Shown: positions 30,805 to 41,068 of the stretch, piece by piece
Numbering within the stretch: position 1 is the first letter of the stretch
How the letters are laid out: the number at the start of each line of letters is the position of its first letter
Assembly: GCA_963779415.1 (NCBI GenBank)
Contig: CAVZYA010000001.1
Span: 96,001 to 160,000 of the forward strand
Reading direction: 5' to 3'
Length of the DNA: 64,000 nt
Origin: an uncultured Acidobacteriota bacterium
GTDB lineage: Bacteria; Acidobacteriota; Thermoanaerobaculia; UBA5066
Made by a program: the position numbers and the translations under genes
The notes under the pieces: generated by a model
What the model saw: the letters and a program-made list of their open reading frames with translations, nothing else
What the model was told of the DNA's origin: nothing
Databases searched by the model: none

Positions 30805-31935
30805 ATGAGAAGAGCAGAGAGGTCGCGGTTCCGGGAGCGGCTGTCCTGCTTCTCGTTCGCGGCGGGTGGCGACCGGACGGATGTGGTCGTGGGAGCGGGC
30901 GCTTTTCGCGTTCTCGCCTCGCGGCTCCCCGACATCGCGCCGGGCCGCTGGTTCCTCGTCTCTTCGAAGAGAGTCTTCACTCTCCATGGCGAAGAGCTTC
31001 TCGCGGGAGGCGTCGAGAGGCTCGATCGCAAACCCCTCCTCGTCCCCGACGGCGAGGCGGCCAAGACGTGGGACGTCCTCGGGCGACTGCTCTCCGAGCT
31101 GGCGACGCGAGGCCTGAAACGGGACGGCGGGATCATCGCCCTCGGCGGCGGGACGGTCGGGGACGTGGCCGGCCTCGCGGCGGCGCTCGCGCTCCGCGGG
31201 GTGCCGGTCGTTCAGGTTCCGACGACGCTTCTCGCGGCTGCGGACAGCGCGCTCGGCGGCAAGACCGCGGTCGACCTTCCGGCGGGAAAGAACATGGCCG
31301 GGACGTTTCACATGCCGCGGCTCGTGGCCGTCGAGATCGGGACGCTCGAGACGCTCCCGCCACGGGCGTTCCGCTCCGGTCTCGCGGAGGTCGTCAAGAG
31401 CGCGCTCCTCTCGCGGCCGTTCTTCTCCGAGATGCCGGGGCTCGTCCCGGGGCTCGCCCGAAGGGATCCCGCCGCCGTCGTCCGCGCCGTGCGCCGATCG
31501 CTCGCGATGAAGGCGGCGGTGGTCGCGGCGGATCCGTTCGAGCGGCGGGGCCTCCGATTCGCGCTCAATCTCGGGCACACGGTGGGACACGCGCTGGAAG
31601 CCGCGTCCGGCTACCGCCTCGCCCATGGAGAAGCGATCGGATGGGGGCTTCTCGCGGCGATCCGGCTCTCCGAGGAGCGAGCCGGCCTCTCGCGGCCGGC
31701 GGCCGACGCCGCGCGCGCCTGGATCCGGACGCTCGTCCGTCCGCCGCTTCCTCCTCTCTCGGCGCTCCGCTCGTGGCGGGGTCGCCTGAAGGCCGACAAG
31801 AAAGCGGACCGGGAGGGCCTCGTTGCGGTTCTCCTCGCGGCGCCGGGGCGAACGACGCTCTGCCGGGTCGCACCGAAGGACCTCGCGGCGGCCTTCGAGG
31901 CGTCACTCCCATCGTACAATCGGCCCGGGAAGTGA
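30805..31935 (+). CDS. aroB: 3-dehydroquinate synthase
   Basis: DGEAAK, GGGTVGD, PTTLLA...DSALGGKT, NLGHTVGHALE, HGEAI. Confidence 0.92.
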   Translation: MRRAERSRFRERLSCFSFAAGGDRTDVVVGAGAFRVLASRLPDIAPGRWFLVSSKRVFTLHGEELLAGGVERLDRKPLLVPDGEAAKTWDVLGRLLSELATRGLKRDGGIIALGGGTVGDVAGLAAALALRGVPVVQVPTTLLAAADSALGGKTAVDLPAGKNMAGTFHMPRLVAVEIGTLETLPPRAFRSGLAEVVKSALLSRPFFSEMPGLVPGLARRDPAAVVRAVRRSLAMKAAVVAADPFERRGLRFALNLGHTVGHALEAASGYRLAHGEAIGWGLLAAIRLSEERAGLSRPAADAARAWIRTLVRPPLPPLSALRSWRGRLKADKKADREGLVAVLLAAPGRTTLCRVAPKDLAAAFEASLPSYNRPGK

Positions 31936-33710
31936 TGAGGGCGGCGAAGCTCCCCCGGCTCCGTATCGTCACGGCGCTTCTGGCCGCGCTCTCGCTCGTT
32001 TCGATCCTTCCCCTCATCGGGCTCCATTTCTCTCTCGCGAGCCTCAATCGCGACGCGCTCGAGACGTCGGAGAAGAAGTACCTGAAGGGGAGTTCGGTCA
32101 CCCTCGCCGATTCCGTCGAGAAATACTTTCGGGAGGCCCAGAACGAGGTGATCCGGGTTGCCGACGGCATCCGGCTCGGACGGGAGATCGCGACCTCCTC
32201 GGGGGCGAACGTCGACCCGTTCTTCTCGATCGGCCGCTCCCGCCTCCTCGACGCCTATATCGAGAGCTTTTCGCGGTCGGGAATACGCCTTCTCCGGGCC
32301 GTCGACCGCGACGGCGTCGGGGCGACGGTCCCGGCGGAGAGTGTCGATCCCGGCCTCGAGGAGAAGCTCACGCAGGCGCTGAACGTGGCTCTCAAGGGGC
32401 AAATCTGGCGGAGCGGCGAGCCGGTCTACCCGAAGTCGTTTCCGGACGGCGGGCTCGTCGTGGCGGCGCCGGTGCGCGCGGACGCGGCGGGCGTGATCGG
32501 CGCCGTCCTCGCCTTCGTCTCCCTCCGCCCGCTGAAGGCCCAGTTCCTCCGGGTGGGGCAGGAGGCCGCGGGGCCGAAAGGGGCTTTCCTCGCCTACGTC
32601 GTCGACCGGCGGGGCCATCTCCTCTTCTCGAGCGATCCGGCGGCGTTTCCGTCCCCGGACCTCTCGCGAATCGACCTCGTCCGGGAGTTCATGGCGCAGC
32701 CCGTCCGGTTGACGAAGAGCTATGTCCGCGGTTCGGGGGAGTCGGCCCGGCGCGTCCTGGGAACGCTGGCGCCGGTCCCGCCCCCGACCGACTGGGGCGT
32801 CATCGTCGAGACCGAGGAGCAGAGCGCCTTCGCCTCGGTCACGCGGACGGCGCAGGTCTCGACGGTCCTCGTCCTCCTCGCCGTCGCTCTCGCCGGGGGC
32901 GTGGCCCTCGTCGCGGCACGGTTTCTCTCCCGTCCGGTTCTCGACCTCGTCGAGAAGGTCCGCTCCGTCGCCGATGGTCATTTCAAGCAGCGGGTGCCGG
33001 TGCGCGGGGTCTACGAGCTGGCGCAGCTCTCCGAGACCTTCAACTCGATGTCGGACTCGATCGAGAGGTCGGTCGAGCGTCTCCGCCTCGCGGCCCGCGA
33101 GAACCAGGAGCTGTTCATCAACTCGATCCGGACGCTCGCGGCCGCGATCGACGCGAAGGACCCCTACACGCGGGGCCATTCCGAGCGCGTGGCGCGATAT
33201 TCGGTCATGATCGCCCGGCACATGGATCTCTCACCCGAGGAAGTCCGCACCGTGAGGCTCGCGGCGCTTCTCCACGACGTCGGCAAGATCGGGATCGACG
33301 ACCGGATCCTCCGGAAGCCGACGGCGCTGACGAGCGAGGAGTTCGAGGTGATGAAGAGTCACCCGGTGAAGGGCTCCGTCATCATGGGCCAGATCCCGCA
33401 GCTGAAGGAGGTGGTGCCCGGCATCCGGAACCACCACGAGAAGTGGGCGGGCGGCGGGTACCCGGACGGCCTCGCCGGGGAGGCGATTCCGCGGATCGCC
33501 CGGATCATCGCGGTGGCGGACACGTTCGACGCGATGACGACGACGCGTCCCTACCAGAAGGCGATGCCGCTTCCGTACGTCATCGAGCGGGTCCGGAGCT
33601 TCGCCGGGAAGTCGTTCGACCCGGCGGTCACCGCGGCTCTCGAGAAGGCTTTCGCGAGCGGCGATCTCGAGTTCCTGGGTGAAGAGGTGCCCATGAAGGC
33701 TTCCGCATGA
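31935..33710 (+). CDS. Membrane HD-GYP c-di-GMP phosphodiesterase with Cache-like sensor and HAMP
   Basis: Two TM helices, HAMP, GHSERVA, LHDVGK, HHEKWAGGGYP, VADTFDAMT..RPY. Confidence 0.9.
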   Translation: MRAAKLPRLRIVTALLAALSLVSILPLIGLHFSLASLNRDALETSEKKYLKGSSVTLADSVEKYFREAQNEVIRVADGIRLGREIATSSGANVDPFFSIGRSRLLDAYIESFSRSGIRLLRAVDRDGVGATVPAESVDPGLEEKLTQALNVALKGQIWRSGEPVYPKSFPDGGLVVAAPVRADAAGVIGAVLAFVSLRPLKAQFLRVGQEAAGPKGAFLAYVVDRRGHLLFSSDPAAFPSPDLSRIDLVREFMAQPVRLTKSYVRGSGESARRVLGTLAPVPPPTDWGVIVETEEQSAFASVTRTAQVSTVLVLLAVALAGGVALVAARFLSRPVLDLVEKVRSVADGHFKQRVPVRGVYELAQLSETFNSMSDSIERSVERLRLAARENQELFINSIRTLAAAIDAKDPYTRGHSERVARYSVMIARHMDLSPEEVRTVRLAALLHDVGKIGIDDRILRKPTALTSEEFEVMKSHPVKGSVIMGQIPQLKEVVPGIRNHHEKWAGGGYPDGLAGEAIPRIARIIAVADTFDAMTTTRPYQKAMPLPYVIERVRSFAGKSFDPAVTAALEKAFASGDLEFLGEEVPMKASA

Positions 33711-34486
33711 GGCGGCGGGCGGCCGCCGCTTTCGCCGCAGCCCTTCTCGCTTGCGCCTGCGGCGCCAAGATGGAGAAGCCTCCGGCGGAGAACCCGGTCC
33801 TCGCCGACCTCGTCGACTACCGGTCCGGCCTCCAGATGCTGCGCGAAGGGAGGGCCGACGAGGCCATCGCGGTTCTCTCCCGGGCCCGCCAGAGCAACCC
33901 GCGCGATCCGAACGTCTCGAACGCCCTCGGCCTCGCGCTCCTCTACAAGAAGGACTATCCCGCCGCCGAGAAGTCGTTCAACGAATCGCTCAAGCTCAAC
34001 CCCGACTTCCTCGAGGCACGCAACAACCGGGGCGTGACCGAGCTCGAGATGAACCGGCTCGACGACGCCGAGCGCGATTTCCAGGCCGTCCTGGACGGCC
34101 CGCAGTCGCCAGAAAGGGCGAACGCCCATTTCAACCTCGGTCTCGTCTACAGGAAGAGGGCCCAGTGGGTGGACGCGGAACGGGAGTTCTCCCTGGCTCT
34201 CGCCGACAGCCCGCAGATGATCCGTGCGATGCGGGAGCGGGGCGTCGTCCGCGTCCAGCTGGAGAACTTCCACGAGGCGCTTCCGGACTTCCTGGGCGCC
34301 CTGAAGGAAGACCCGAAGGACACCGTCTCCAACTACAACGCCGCCCTCTGCCTTCTCGCCGTGGGACGACGGGACCTCGCGCTCCGTTACATGGAGCGCG
34401 CGGCCGCGGACCCGGAGAGCGACGAGGGACGGAAAGCGTGGCGCTTCCTCGACGCGGAGCACCGCAACGCGAAAGAGCCGAAATGA
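33707..34486 (+). CDS. TPR lipoprotein (PilF/Tgl-like)
   Basis: Lipobox-like LACAC; TPRs such as SNALGLAL, ARNNRG and HFNLGLVY. Confidence 0.75.
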   Translation: MRRRAAAAFAAALLACACGAKMEKPPAENPVLADLVDYRSGLQMLREGRADEAIAVLSRARQSNPRDPNVSNALGLALLYKKDYPAAEKSFNESLKLNPDFLEARNNRGVTELEMNRLDDAERDFQAVLDGPQSPERANAHFNLGLVYRKRAQWVDAEREFSLALADSPQMIRAMRERGVVRVQLENFHEALPDFLGALKEDPKDTVSNYNAALCLLAVGRRDLALRYMERAAADPESDEGRKAWRFLDAEHRNAKEPK

Positions 34487-34833
34487 GATTTCACGAGATC
34501 CTCGACGGCCTTCTCGCGGCGCCTGGAGCCCTGGCAGCCGCTTTCATCGACCCCCAGGGGCAGACCGTCGCCCAGGCGGGCGATCCGGCGGTCACCGAGG
34601 TCCTCGGCGTCCTGCAGTCCGTCTGGCTCGGCGAGCTGGAGCGCGCGGCGCGACGCGCCGGGCTCGGGCCCGTCCAGGACCTCTCGCTCGAGTTCGCGAA
34701 CCAGCGGGTCCTCTCGGCGCAGGTCAAGGAGGGGTATTTCCTCCTCGTCGTCTTCGAGGCGGGAGGCCTTCCGTCCTTCGCGCGATCCCGCCTGGACGAG
34801 GCGCGGCGCGAGCTGGCCGAGGAGATCGGCTGA
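34483..34833 (+). CDS. Roadblock/LC7 domain protein (MglB/MglC-like)
   Basis: 116 aa, MRFHEILDGLLAAPGALAAAFIDPQG...YFLLVV pattern; ATGA overlap with the TPR gene. Confidence 0.75.
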   Translation: MRFHEILDGLLAAPGALAAAFIDPQGQTVAQAGDPAVTEVLGVLQSVWLGELERAARRAGLGPVQDLSLEFANQRVLSAQVKEGYFLLVVFEAGGLPSFARSRLDEARRELAEEIG

Positions 34834-34860
34834 CGCGCGCCGCCTGATACTCTCGCCGCG

Positions 34861-35787
34861 ATGGCCGACTCCCGTTCGCTCTTCGCCCGGCTGAAGCGCG
34901 GGCTCTTCATGACCCACACCGAGCTGATCAGCCGGGTGGGGACGGCGGTGAAGGGGGCGCTGGCGCCCGATCCGGCGGCACTCGAGGCGCTCGAAGAGGC
35001 GCTCCTCCTCTCGGACGTCGGGCCGGCGACGGCGCGGGAACTGGTGGCCGCCGTCCGCGAGGAGGCGGGGCGCCGCGGCTCCGAGAAGGGGGACGTCGTC
35101 CGCGACGTCCTCCGGCAGGAGATCGCGCGGCGGCTCGACGTTCCCGCACCCGCGGCCGCGGTGCCGGCGACCGGCCCACGGGTCGTCCTCGTCGTCGGCG
35201 TCAACGGGACGGGGAAGACGACGACCGCGGCCAAGCTCGGCGCCCGCGCGGTCGGCGAAGGGAAGTCCGTCGTCTTCGGCGCCGCGGACACCTTCCGCGC
35301 GGCCGCGATCGAGCAGCTCGGCATCTGGGCAGAGCGCCTCGGCGTGCCGCTCGTCTCTCACCGCCCCGGCGCCGATCCGGCGGCGGTCGTCCACGACGCC
35401 TGTTCGGCCGCGAAGTCGCGGAAGGCCGATCTTCTCCTCGTCGACACGGCCGGGCGGCTTCACACGAAGCACAACCTGATGGAGGAGCTGGCGAAGATCC
35501 GGCGGATCGCCGCGCGGGAGATTCCCGGCGCCCCGCACGAGGTCCTCCTCGTCCTGGACGCCGTCACGGGGCTGAACGGCCTCGCGCAGGCGCGCGAGTT
35601 CACGAAGTCGGCCGGCGTCACGGGGCTCGTCCTGACGAAGATGGACGGGACGGCGAAGGGGGGAGTCATCCTTCCGATCGTCCGGGAGCTGAAGGTCCCG
35701 GTCCGCTACGTGGGCGTCGGGGAGACCGTCGAAGACCTGATCGACTTCGATCCCGCCGCGTTCGCCCGCGCGCTCGTCGATGGCTGA
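34861..35787 (+). CDS. ftsY: SRP receptor FtsY (NG domain only)
   Basis: GVNGTGKTTT, DTFRAAA, DTAGR, TKMDGTAKGG. Confidence 0.96.
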   Translation: MADSRSLFARLKRGLFMTHTELISRVGTAVKGALAPDPAALEALEEALLLSDVGPATARELVAAVREEAGRRGSEKGDVVRDVLRQEIARRLDVPAPAAAVPATGPRVVLVVGVNGTGKTTTAAKLGARAVGEGKSVVFGAADTFRAAAIEQLGIWAERLGVPLVSHRPGADPAAVVHDACSAAKSRKADLLLVDTAGRLHTKHNLMEELAKIRRIAAREIPGAPHEVLLVLDAVTGLNGLAQAREFTKSAGVTGLVLTKMDGTAKGGVILPIVRELKVPVRYVGVGETVEDLIDFDPAAFARALVDG

Positions 35788-36910
35788 CGACGCCCCGATC
35801 TGGGAACGGGTCTTCGCCCTCGCCGAGCGGGGCCGGTACTCGACGTCTCCCAATCCTCACGTCGGCGCCGTCCTCGCGGACGACAAGGGGAGGGTCGTCG
35901 GCGAAGGGTTCCACGACCGGGCGGGGGGACCGCACGCGGAGATCGTCGCCCTCCGCGCCGCCGGCGGGAAGGCGCGCGGCGCGACGCTCTTCGTCAACCT
36001 CGAGCCGTGTGCCGGGCAGGGCCGGACGCCTCCCTGCGCGGAGGAGCTGATCGCCGCGGGCGTGGGCCGCGTCCTCTGCTCCCTCGAGGATCCCGACCCG
36101 CGGACCTCGGGGCGCGGCGTCCGTCGGCTCCGTGAGAAGGGGATCGACGTGGAGGTGGGGGCGCGCTCCGAGGCCGCGTCGCGGCTCAACGAGATCTTTC
36201 TCGTCTCCCAGCGTGAGGGGCGCCCGTTCGTTCATCTGAAATGGGCGGCGTCGCTCGACGGGCGGATCGCGGCCCCGGGGGGCGCCTCGAAATGGATCAC
36301 CGGAGAGGCGGCCCGGGGGGACGCTCTCCGCCTCCGGGAGGAGCACGATGCGATTCTCGTCGGGGCCGGAACCGTTCTCGCCGACGACCCGCTCCTGACG
36401 CGGCGGCTTGGGCTCGCACGGTCGATCCTCCCGCATCGCCGGATCGTCCTCGACGGGGCGCTCCGGGTCCCGGCGACAGCGCGCGTCTTCGAACGGATCG
36501 AGGGATCGGAGGCGTGGCTGGTCACGACCCGAACCGGAGAGAGAGAGGGAGAGGGGGAGACGCGGCGCTTCGCGCCGTTCCTCGAGAAGGGAGTCGAGAT
36601 CATCGCCCTTCCGGCATGCGGATCCGGGATCGATCCCGCGGCGCTTCTTTCGAGGCTTCACGCTCTCGAGGTCCGGTCACTTCTCGTCGAGGGCGGTGCG
36701 AAGACGGCCTGGTCGTTTCTCTCGGCAGGACTCGTGGATCGGGTCACAGCGTACTTCGCGCCGCTGCTGCTCGGTGGGGAAGCGGCCCCGGGTCCGCTGG
36801 GCGGCTCCGGATTTCCGGATCCCGCCTCCGCCTTCCGGACGGGCTCGCTCGACGTCGAGCGGTTCGGCGAGGACCTCAGGATCTCGGCGCCCCTCGCGCG
36901 GCGAGCGTAG
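35780..36910 (+). CDS. ribD: Riboflavin deaminase/reductase
   Basis: PNPHVG, HAE, LEPC...PPC, SLDG, VEGG. Confidence 0.95.
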   Translation: MADDAPIWERVFALAERGRYSTSPNPHVGAVLADDKGRVVGEGFHDRAGGPHAEIVALRAAGGKARGATLFVNLEPCAGQGRTPPCAEELIAAGVGRVLCSLEDPDPRTSGRGVRRLREKGIDVEVGARSEAASRLNEIFLVSQREGRPFVHLKWAASLDGRIAAPGGASKWITGEAARGDALRLREEHDAILVGAGTVLADDPLLTRRLGLARSILPHRRIVLDGALRVPATARVFERIEGSEAWLVTTRTGEREGEGETRRFAPFLEKGVEIIALPACGSGIDPAALLSRLHALEVRSLLVEGGAKTAWSFLSAGLVDRVTAYFAPLLLGGEAAPGPLGGSGFPDPASAFRTGSLDVERFGEDLRISAPLARRA

Positions 36911-36920
36911 GATCGGGCGG

Positions 36921-37562
36921 ATGTTCACGGGGATCGTCTCCTCGAAAGCCCGGGTGGTGCGCCTCACGCGCCGGCCGAAGGGGGCCTTCCTCGAGATCGA
37001 GCGCCCGGCCGGCTGGAACGACGTCTCGCCCGGAGAGAGCATCGCCGTCTCGGGTGTCTGCCTCACGGCCCTCGCGCCGTCGAACGCGGGGCCTCTCCGT
37101 TTCGACCTCTCGCCGGAAACGCTTTCCCGGTCGACGCTCGGGAAGGCCTCGCCCGGCGCCGGAGTCAACCTCGAGCGGGCGCTTGCGGCCTCGGACCGGC
37201 TCGGCGGGCATGTCGTGGCGGGGCATGTCGACGCGACGACCCCGATTACGGGGATCGTGCCGGCGGACGACTTCTGGACCGTCTCGTTCGCTCTCGACGC
37301 CTCCTGGGCCCGCTACGTCGTCGAGAAGGGCTCCATCGCGCTCGACGGGATCTCCCTCACCGTGGCGCGTCTCGGGGACGACCGGTTCGACGTCGCCGTC
37401 ATCCCCCACACGTGGGAGGAGACGACGCTCTCGGAGCGGTCGGTGGGCGACCTCGTGAACGTCGAGGTCGACGTCCTCGCGAAGTACGTCGAACGGATGC
37501 TCGAAGGGCATCGGTCGCGCCAAGACAGGGACGAAAGGCTTCGGGAGCTCCTCTCGTCTTGA
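36921..37562 (+). CDS. ribE: Riboflavin synthase
   Basis: MFTGIV N-terminus, GVCLT, NLERA, GGHVVAGHVD, GISLT. Confidence 0.95.
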   Translation: MFTGIVSSKARVVRLTRRPKGAFLEIERPAGWNDVSPGESIAVSGVCLTALAPSNAGPLRFDLSPETLSRSTLGKASPGAGVNLERALAASDRLGGHVVAGHVDATTPITGIVPADDFWTVSFALDASWARYVVEKGSIALDGISLTVARLGDDRFDVAVIPHTWEETTLSERSVGDLVNVEVDVLAKYVERMLEGHRSRQDRDERLRELLSS

Positions 37563-38716
37563 CCCCGGGCGCCTACGTCCACATCCCGTTCTGCGCCCAC
37601 CGCTGCGCCTACTGTTCGTTCGTGGCGCTCGAAGGGAGATCCGAGGAGAAGAGTCTCTTCGAAGGGGTGGAGAGGGAGATTCGCTCGAGGGGAGCCGACG
37701 CGTCGCGCGGCCTTCGGAACTTCGACTCGGTCTACTTCGGAGGGGGTACTCCATCGTACGTCGACGCGATCCGGCTCCGCGGCGTGCTCGGGACACTCGA
37801 AGAAGTCTTCGGTCTCTCTTCAGATGTCGAGATGACGGCCGAAGCCAACCCGGACGACCTGGACGGCGAGAAGCTCCGTGCGCTCCGCGCCGTGGGCATC
37901 AATCGCCTCTCCGTCGGGGTCCAGTCCCTCGTGGACGAGGAGCTGGTGCCGCTCGAGCGCCGGCACGACGCGGCGGGAGCGCGACGAGCCGTGGAGGAAG
38001 CTTGCCGGCTCTTCGGAAACGTCTCGGCCGACCTGATGATCGGCATTCCGGGGCAGACGCGGACGACCCTCCGCCAAAGCGTGGACGGGCTTCTCGCGGC
38101 GGGGATCCGCCACCTTTCGGTCTACCTCCTCGAGATCGAGAAGGCGCCGCGTCTCGTCCGGCTCCTCTCCGAGCGGCCGGAGCTCTTCGCCGACGACGAC
38201 GAGATGGCCGACCGCTGGCTGGAGGTGGACGAAACGCTTGAAGCTGCCGGCCTGCCGCGCTACGAGATCTCGAACTGGGCGCGCCCCGGCTTCGAGAGCC
38301 GGCACAATCTGAAGTACTGGACCCTCGCCCCCGTCCTCGGATTCGGCGTCGCGGCGCACAGCTTCGACGGAAGGCGCCGAAGCGCCAACACCGGAATGCT
38401 CATGGAGTACCTCCGTCGAACGCGGGCGGGCGAATCGACGACGGCGACGGTCGAAGAGAACGCCGGGGGATCGGATTTTCTCAGAAGGAAGGAGAGACTG
38501 ATGCTGGGCCTGCGGCTGGCGGAGGGCGTCCCCTCTTCCTCATTCGATGAAATCCGGTCCTCGCTGCCCGCCGCGGAGGCCTCGCGGATTGGAGATGCAT
38601 TCGACGCCGGACTCCTGGAGACCGTCGACGAGGCGGGGGAGCGTGCCGGTCGACGGGTTCGCCTCACGCGCAAGGGCGTGCTCCTCTCGAACGAGGTCTT
38701 CGCGCTTTTCCTCTAG
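37559..38716 (+). CDS. hemW: Radical SAM heme chaperone HemW
   Basis: TTG start; YVHIPFCAHRCAYCSF, GGGTPS, YEISN, HNLKYW. Confidence 0.9.
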   Translation: MTPGAYVHIPFCAHRCAYCSFVALEGRSEEKSLFEGVEREIRSRGADASRGLRNFDSVYFGGGTPSYVDAIRLRGVLGTLEEVFGLSSDVEMTAEANPDDLDGEKLRALRAVGINRLSVGVQSLVDEELVPLERRHDAAGARRAVEEACRLFGNVSADLMIGIPGQTRTTLRQSVDGLLAAGIRHLSVYLLEIEKAPRLVRLLSERPELFADDDEMADRWLEVDETLEAAGLPRYEISNWARPGFESRHNLKYWTLAPVLGFGVAAHSFDGRRRSANTGMLMEYLRRTRAGESTTATVEENAGGSDFLRRKERLMLGLRLAEGVPSSSFDEIRSSLPAAEASRIGDAFDAGLLETVDEAGERAGRRVRLTRKGVLLSNEVFALFL

Positions 38717-40129
38717 GCCGAGGTGGACGCCGCCCCGTTGCGGCGCCGGAAGATGAAGAAGGCCGGGACGCCGAGGGCGACGATGACGAGGCCCGGAATC
38801 GTGTACGTCGGCTTGTAGAGGGCGAGGGCGATCGTGACGTAGACCGTGGCGGCGACGTAGAGAACCGGGATGATTCGCTCGGCGACGGAGCGGGCCTCGA
38901 GTGCCGGGATCGTCCGCGCGAGCCGCCAGCGCCCCACGATCGTGGCGATGTAGAAGATGAGGACGGTCGTGATGACGTAGTCGAGGAGGTCTCCGTACTT
39001 TCCGGAGAGACAGAGGAGGGAGGCCCAGACGGCCTGGGCGACGAGGGCGGCGACGGGGATCTGGCTCTTCGGCGACACCTCGGCGAAGAGCGGGAAGAAG
39101 AGGCGGTCCCGGGACATGGCGTAGAGGACCCGCGCACCCGAGAGAATCAGGCCGTTCAGGCAGCCGAAGGTCGAGACGAGGATGACGATCGCCATCACGG
39201 CTCCGGCCAGGCCGCTCTCGGAGCCTCCCGCGGCGGCCGCGATCGACGCCGTCGCGACGCGGTCCTCGGGAGCCGACGCGATGTCCCCGAGGGAGAGGAC
39301 GTTCAGGTAGCCGACGTTCGTCAGGGTGTAGAGGATCGTCACGAGAGCCGTCCCGTAGACGAGCGCCTTCGGGACGTTGTGCTCGGCGTCGCGCACCTCC
39401 TCGCCGAGAAAAGTGACGTTGTTCCAGGAGTCGGCGGCGAAGAGCGATCCGACCGTCGCGACGGCGAAGGCCCAGGCGAGGGGAATCGCGAGATCCGATG
39501 TCGCCGGAAGGGCCCAGGAGAGCGACGGGAGGCGGCTCCCGGCGACGAAGCAGACGGCCATGAGGCCGAGGAGCGAAAGGACCTTCGCCGAGGTGAAGAC
39601 GTTCTGGAGAGTCGCGACGTTCCGGACGCTCGTCGTGTTCCACCAGGTCAGAAAGGCGATGAGGGCGATGGCGACGAGCTCGACGGGAGAGAGCCGGAGA
39701 AACCGCGCGTGGAAGAAGACATGCTTCGAGGAGACCGCCGGCAGAAGAGACGCCGAGGTACTTCGCGAAGGCGACACCGACGGCCGCGAGCGTTCCCGTC
39801 TGGATGACGAGGAGCATCGCCCAGCCGTAGAGGAAACCCCCGAGGTCGCCCCACGCCTCGCGGAGGAAGACGTACTGGCCCCCCGCCTTCGGAAAGACCA
39901 TCGCGAGCTTGCCGTAGCTCCAGGCGCCGGCGACCGTGACGAGGGCCGTGAAGACCCAGACGAGGAGAAGGAGGGAGGCGCTCTTGACCTGCCGCGAGAT
40001 GTCGGCCGAGACGATGAAGATCCCGGAGCCGATCATCGAGCCCGCCACGACCGTCGTGGCGTCCAGAAGACCGAGCCGCCGCGGGAGGGTCCGCGGCGGC
40101 GCGATGCTGGGGTGGGTGACGGAGCCCAT
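38713..40129 (-). CDS. APC family amino acid permease (frameshift near 39745)
   Basis: GSMIGSGIF, AGGQYVFLREAWG, many TM helices across two frames. Confidence 0.88.
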
Positions 40130-40166
40130 GGGAACTGCAGAGGGTTCCGCCTCGGGGCGGAGCGCC

Positions 40167-40589
40167 CTACTGGGCCGGGTTCACCCAGTCCATGACGATG
40201 CCGATGTTCTTGGCGCCGTTGTTCCGGACGATGTCCATGACCTTCATCGCGTCGCCGTAGTTGGCGGCGTCCTCGGCCGAGAAGAAGACGACCTTGTTCC
40301 CGCGGTTCTTGAGGAGCTCCTGCAGTCGGATGGCGAGGTTTCCGGCTTCCACCCGCTCCTTGTTCAGATAGATCTCCCGGCGGGCCGTCAGGGAGACGAT
40401 GAGCTGGTCCGTCGCCTGCGGCGGGGGAGTGTTCATCTCCGCCTTGGGCGGGACCGAGACGTCGTAGCCGCGCTGCATGAGGGGCTGGATCACCATGAAG
40501 ATGATCAGGAGGACGAGAACGACATCCACGAGAGGCGTGACATTGATCTCCGACTTCGGTCCGGCGTGGCTGCCTACATCCATTCCCAT
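40167..40589 (-). CDS. exbD: ExbD/TolR family protein
   Basis: EINVTPLVDVVLVLLIIFMV. Confidence 0.92.
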   Translation of the reverse strand: MGMDVGSHAGPKSEINVTPLVDVVLVLLIIFMVIQPLMQRGYDVSVPPKAEMNTPPPQATDQLIVSLTARREIYLNKERVEAGNLAIRLQELLKNRGNKVVFFSAEDAANYGDAMKVMDIVRNNGAKNIGIVMDWVNPAQ

Positions 40590-40601
40590 CGTCCGCCTCC
40601 C

Positions 40602-41021
40602 TTACTGCTCGCCCTTTTTCTCGGTGATGAGGGCGACCTTCTCGAAGCCCCCCTCCTTGACCATCTTCATCACGTTCCGGACGTCGCCGTACGAGAGACG
40701 GGAGTCCGCCTTGATGAGGATGTCCTTGCTCGAGGCGCGCTCGCCGAGTTCCTTCATCTTCGCGAGGAACTCCTTGTCGGGGAACCACTTCGTGTCAATG
40801 AAGACGGCCTTGTCGGCCTGCACGGAGACCAGGACCTCGTTCTGCGATTCCGGCTTCTTGCCGGGATTGTCGGTCTGCGGCAGGAGGACCGGCCGTCCCT
40901 TCTGCAGCATCGGCGTGACCACCATGAAGATGATCAGGAGGACGAGACAGACGTCCACCAGCGGCGTGACGTTGATCTCGCTCTTGACGTCCTGGCGGCC
41001 CCCGAAGTCTTCCATTCCCAT
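40602..41021 (-). CDS. exbD: ExbD/TolR family protein
   Basis: EINVTPLVDVCLVLLIIFMVVTP; IKAD...YG. Confidence 0.92.
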   Translation of the reverse strand: MGMEDFGGRQDVKSEINVTPLVDVCLVLLIIFMVVTPMLQKGRPVLLPQTDNPGKKPESQNEVLVSVQADKAVFIDTKWFPDKEFLAKMKELGERASSKDILIKADSRLSYGDVRNVMKMVKEGGFEKVALITEKKGEQ

Positions 41022-41038
41022 TGCCGGATCTCCTTTTT

Positions 41039-41068
41039 CCGGGGGGACGTTTCCCCCCGGTCCCCCCT
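41039..41068. repeat. G-tract hairpin, REP-like element, copy 2
   Basis: CCGGGGGGA-CGTT-TCCCCCCGG followed by TCCCCCCT. Confidence 0.6.

Noticed and set aside
35760-35800. FMN riboswitch upstream of ribD
   Set aside because: ribD overlaps the ftsY stop, leaving no leader and no RFN motif
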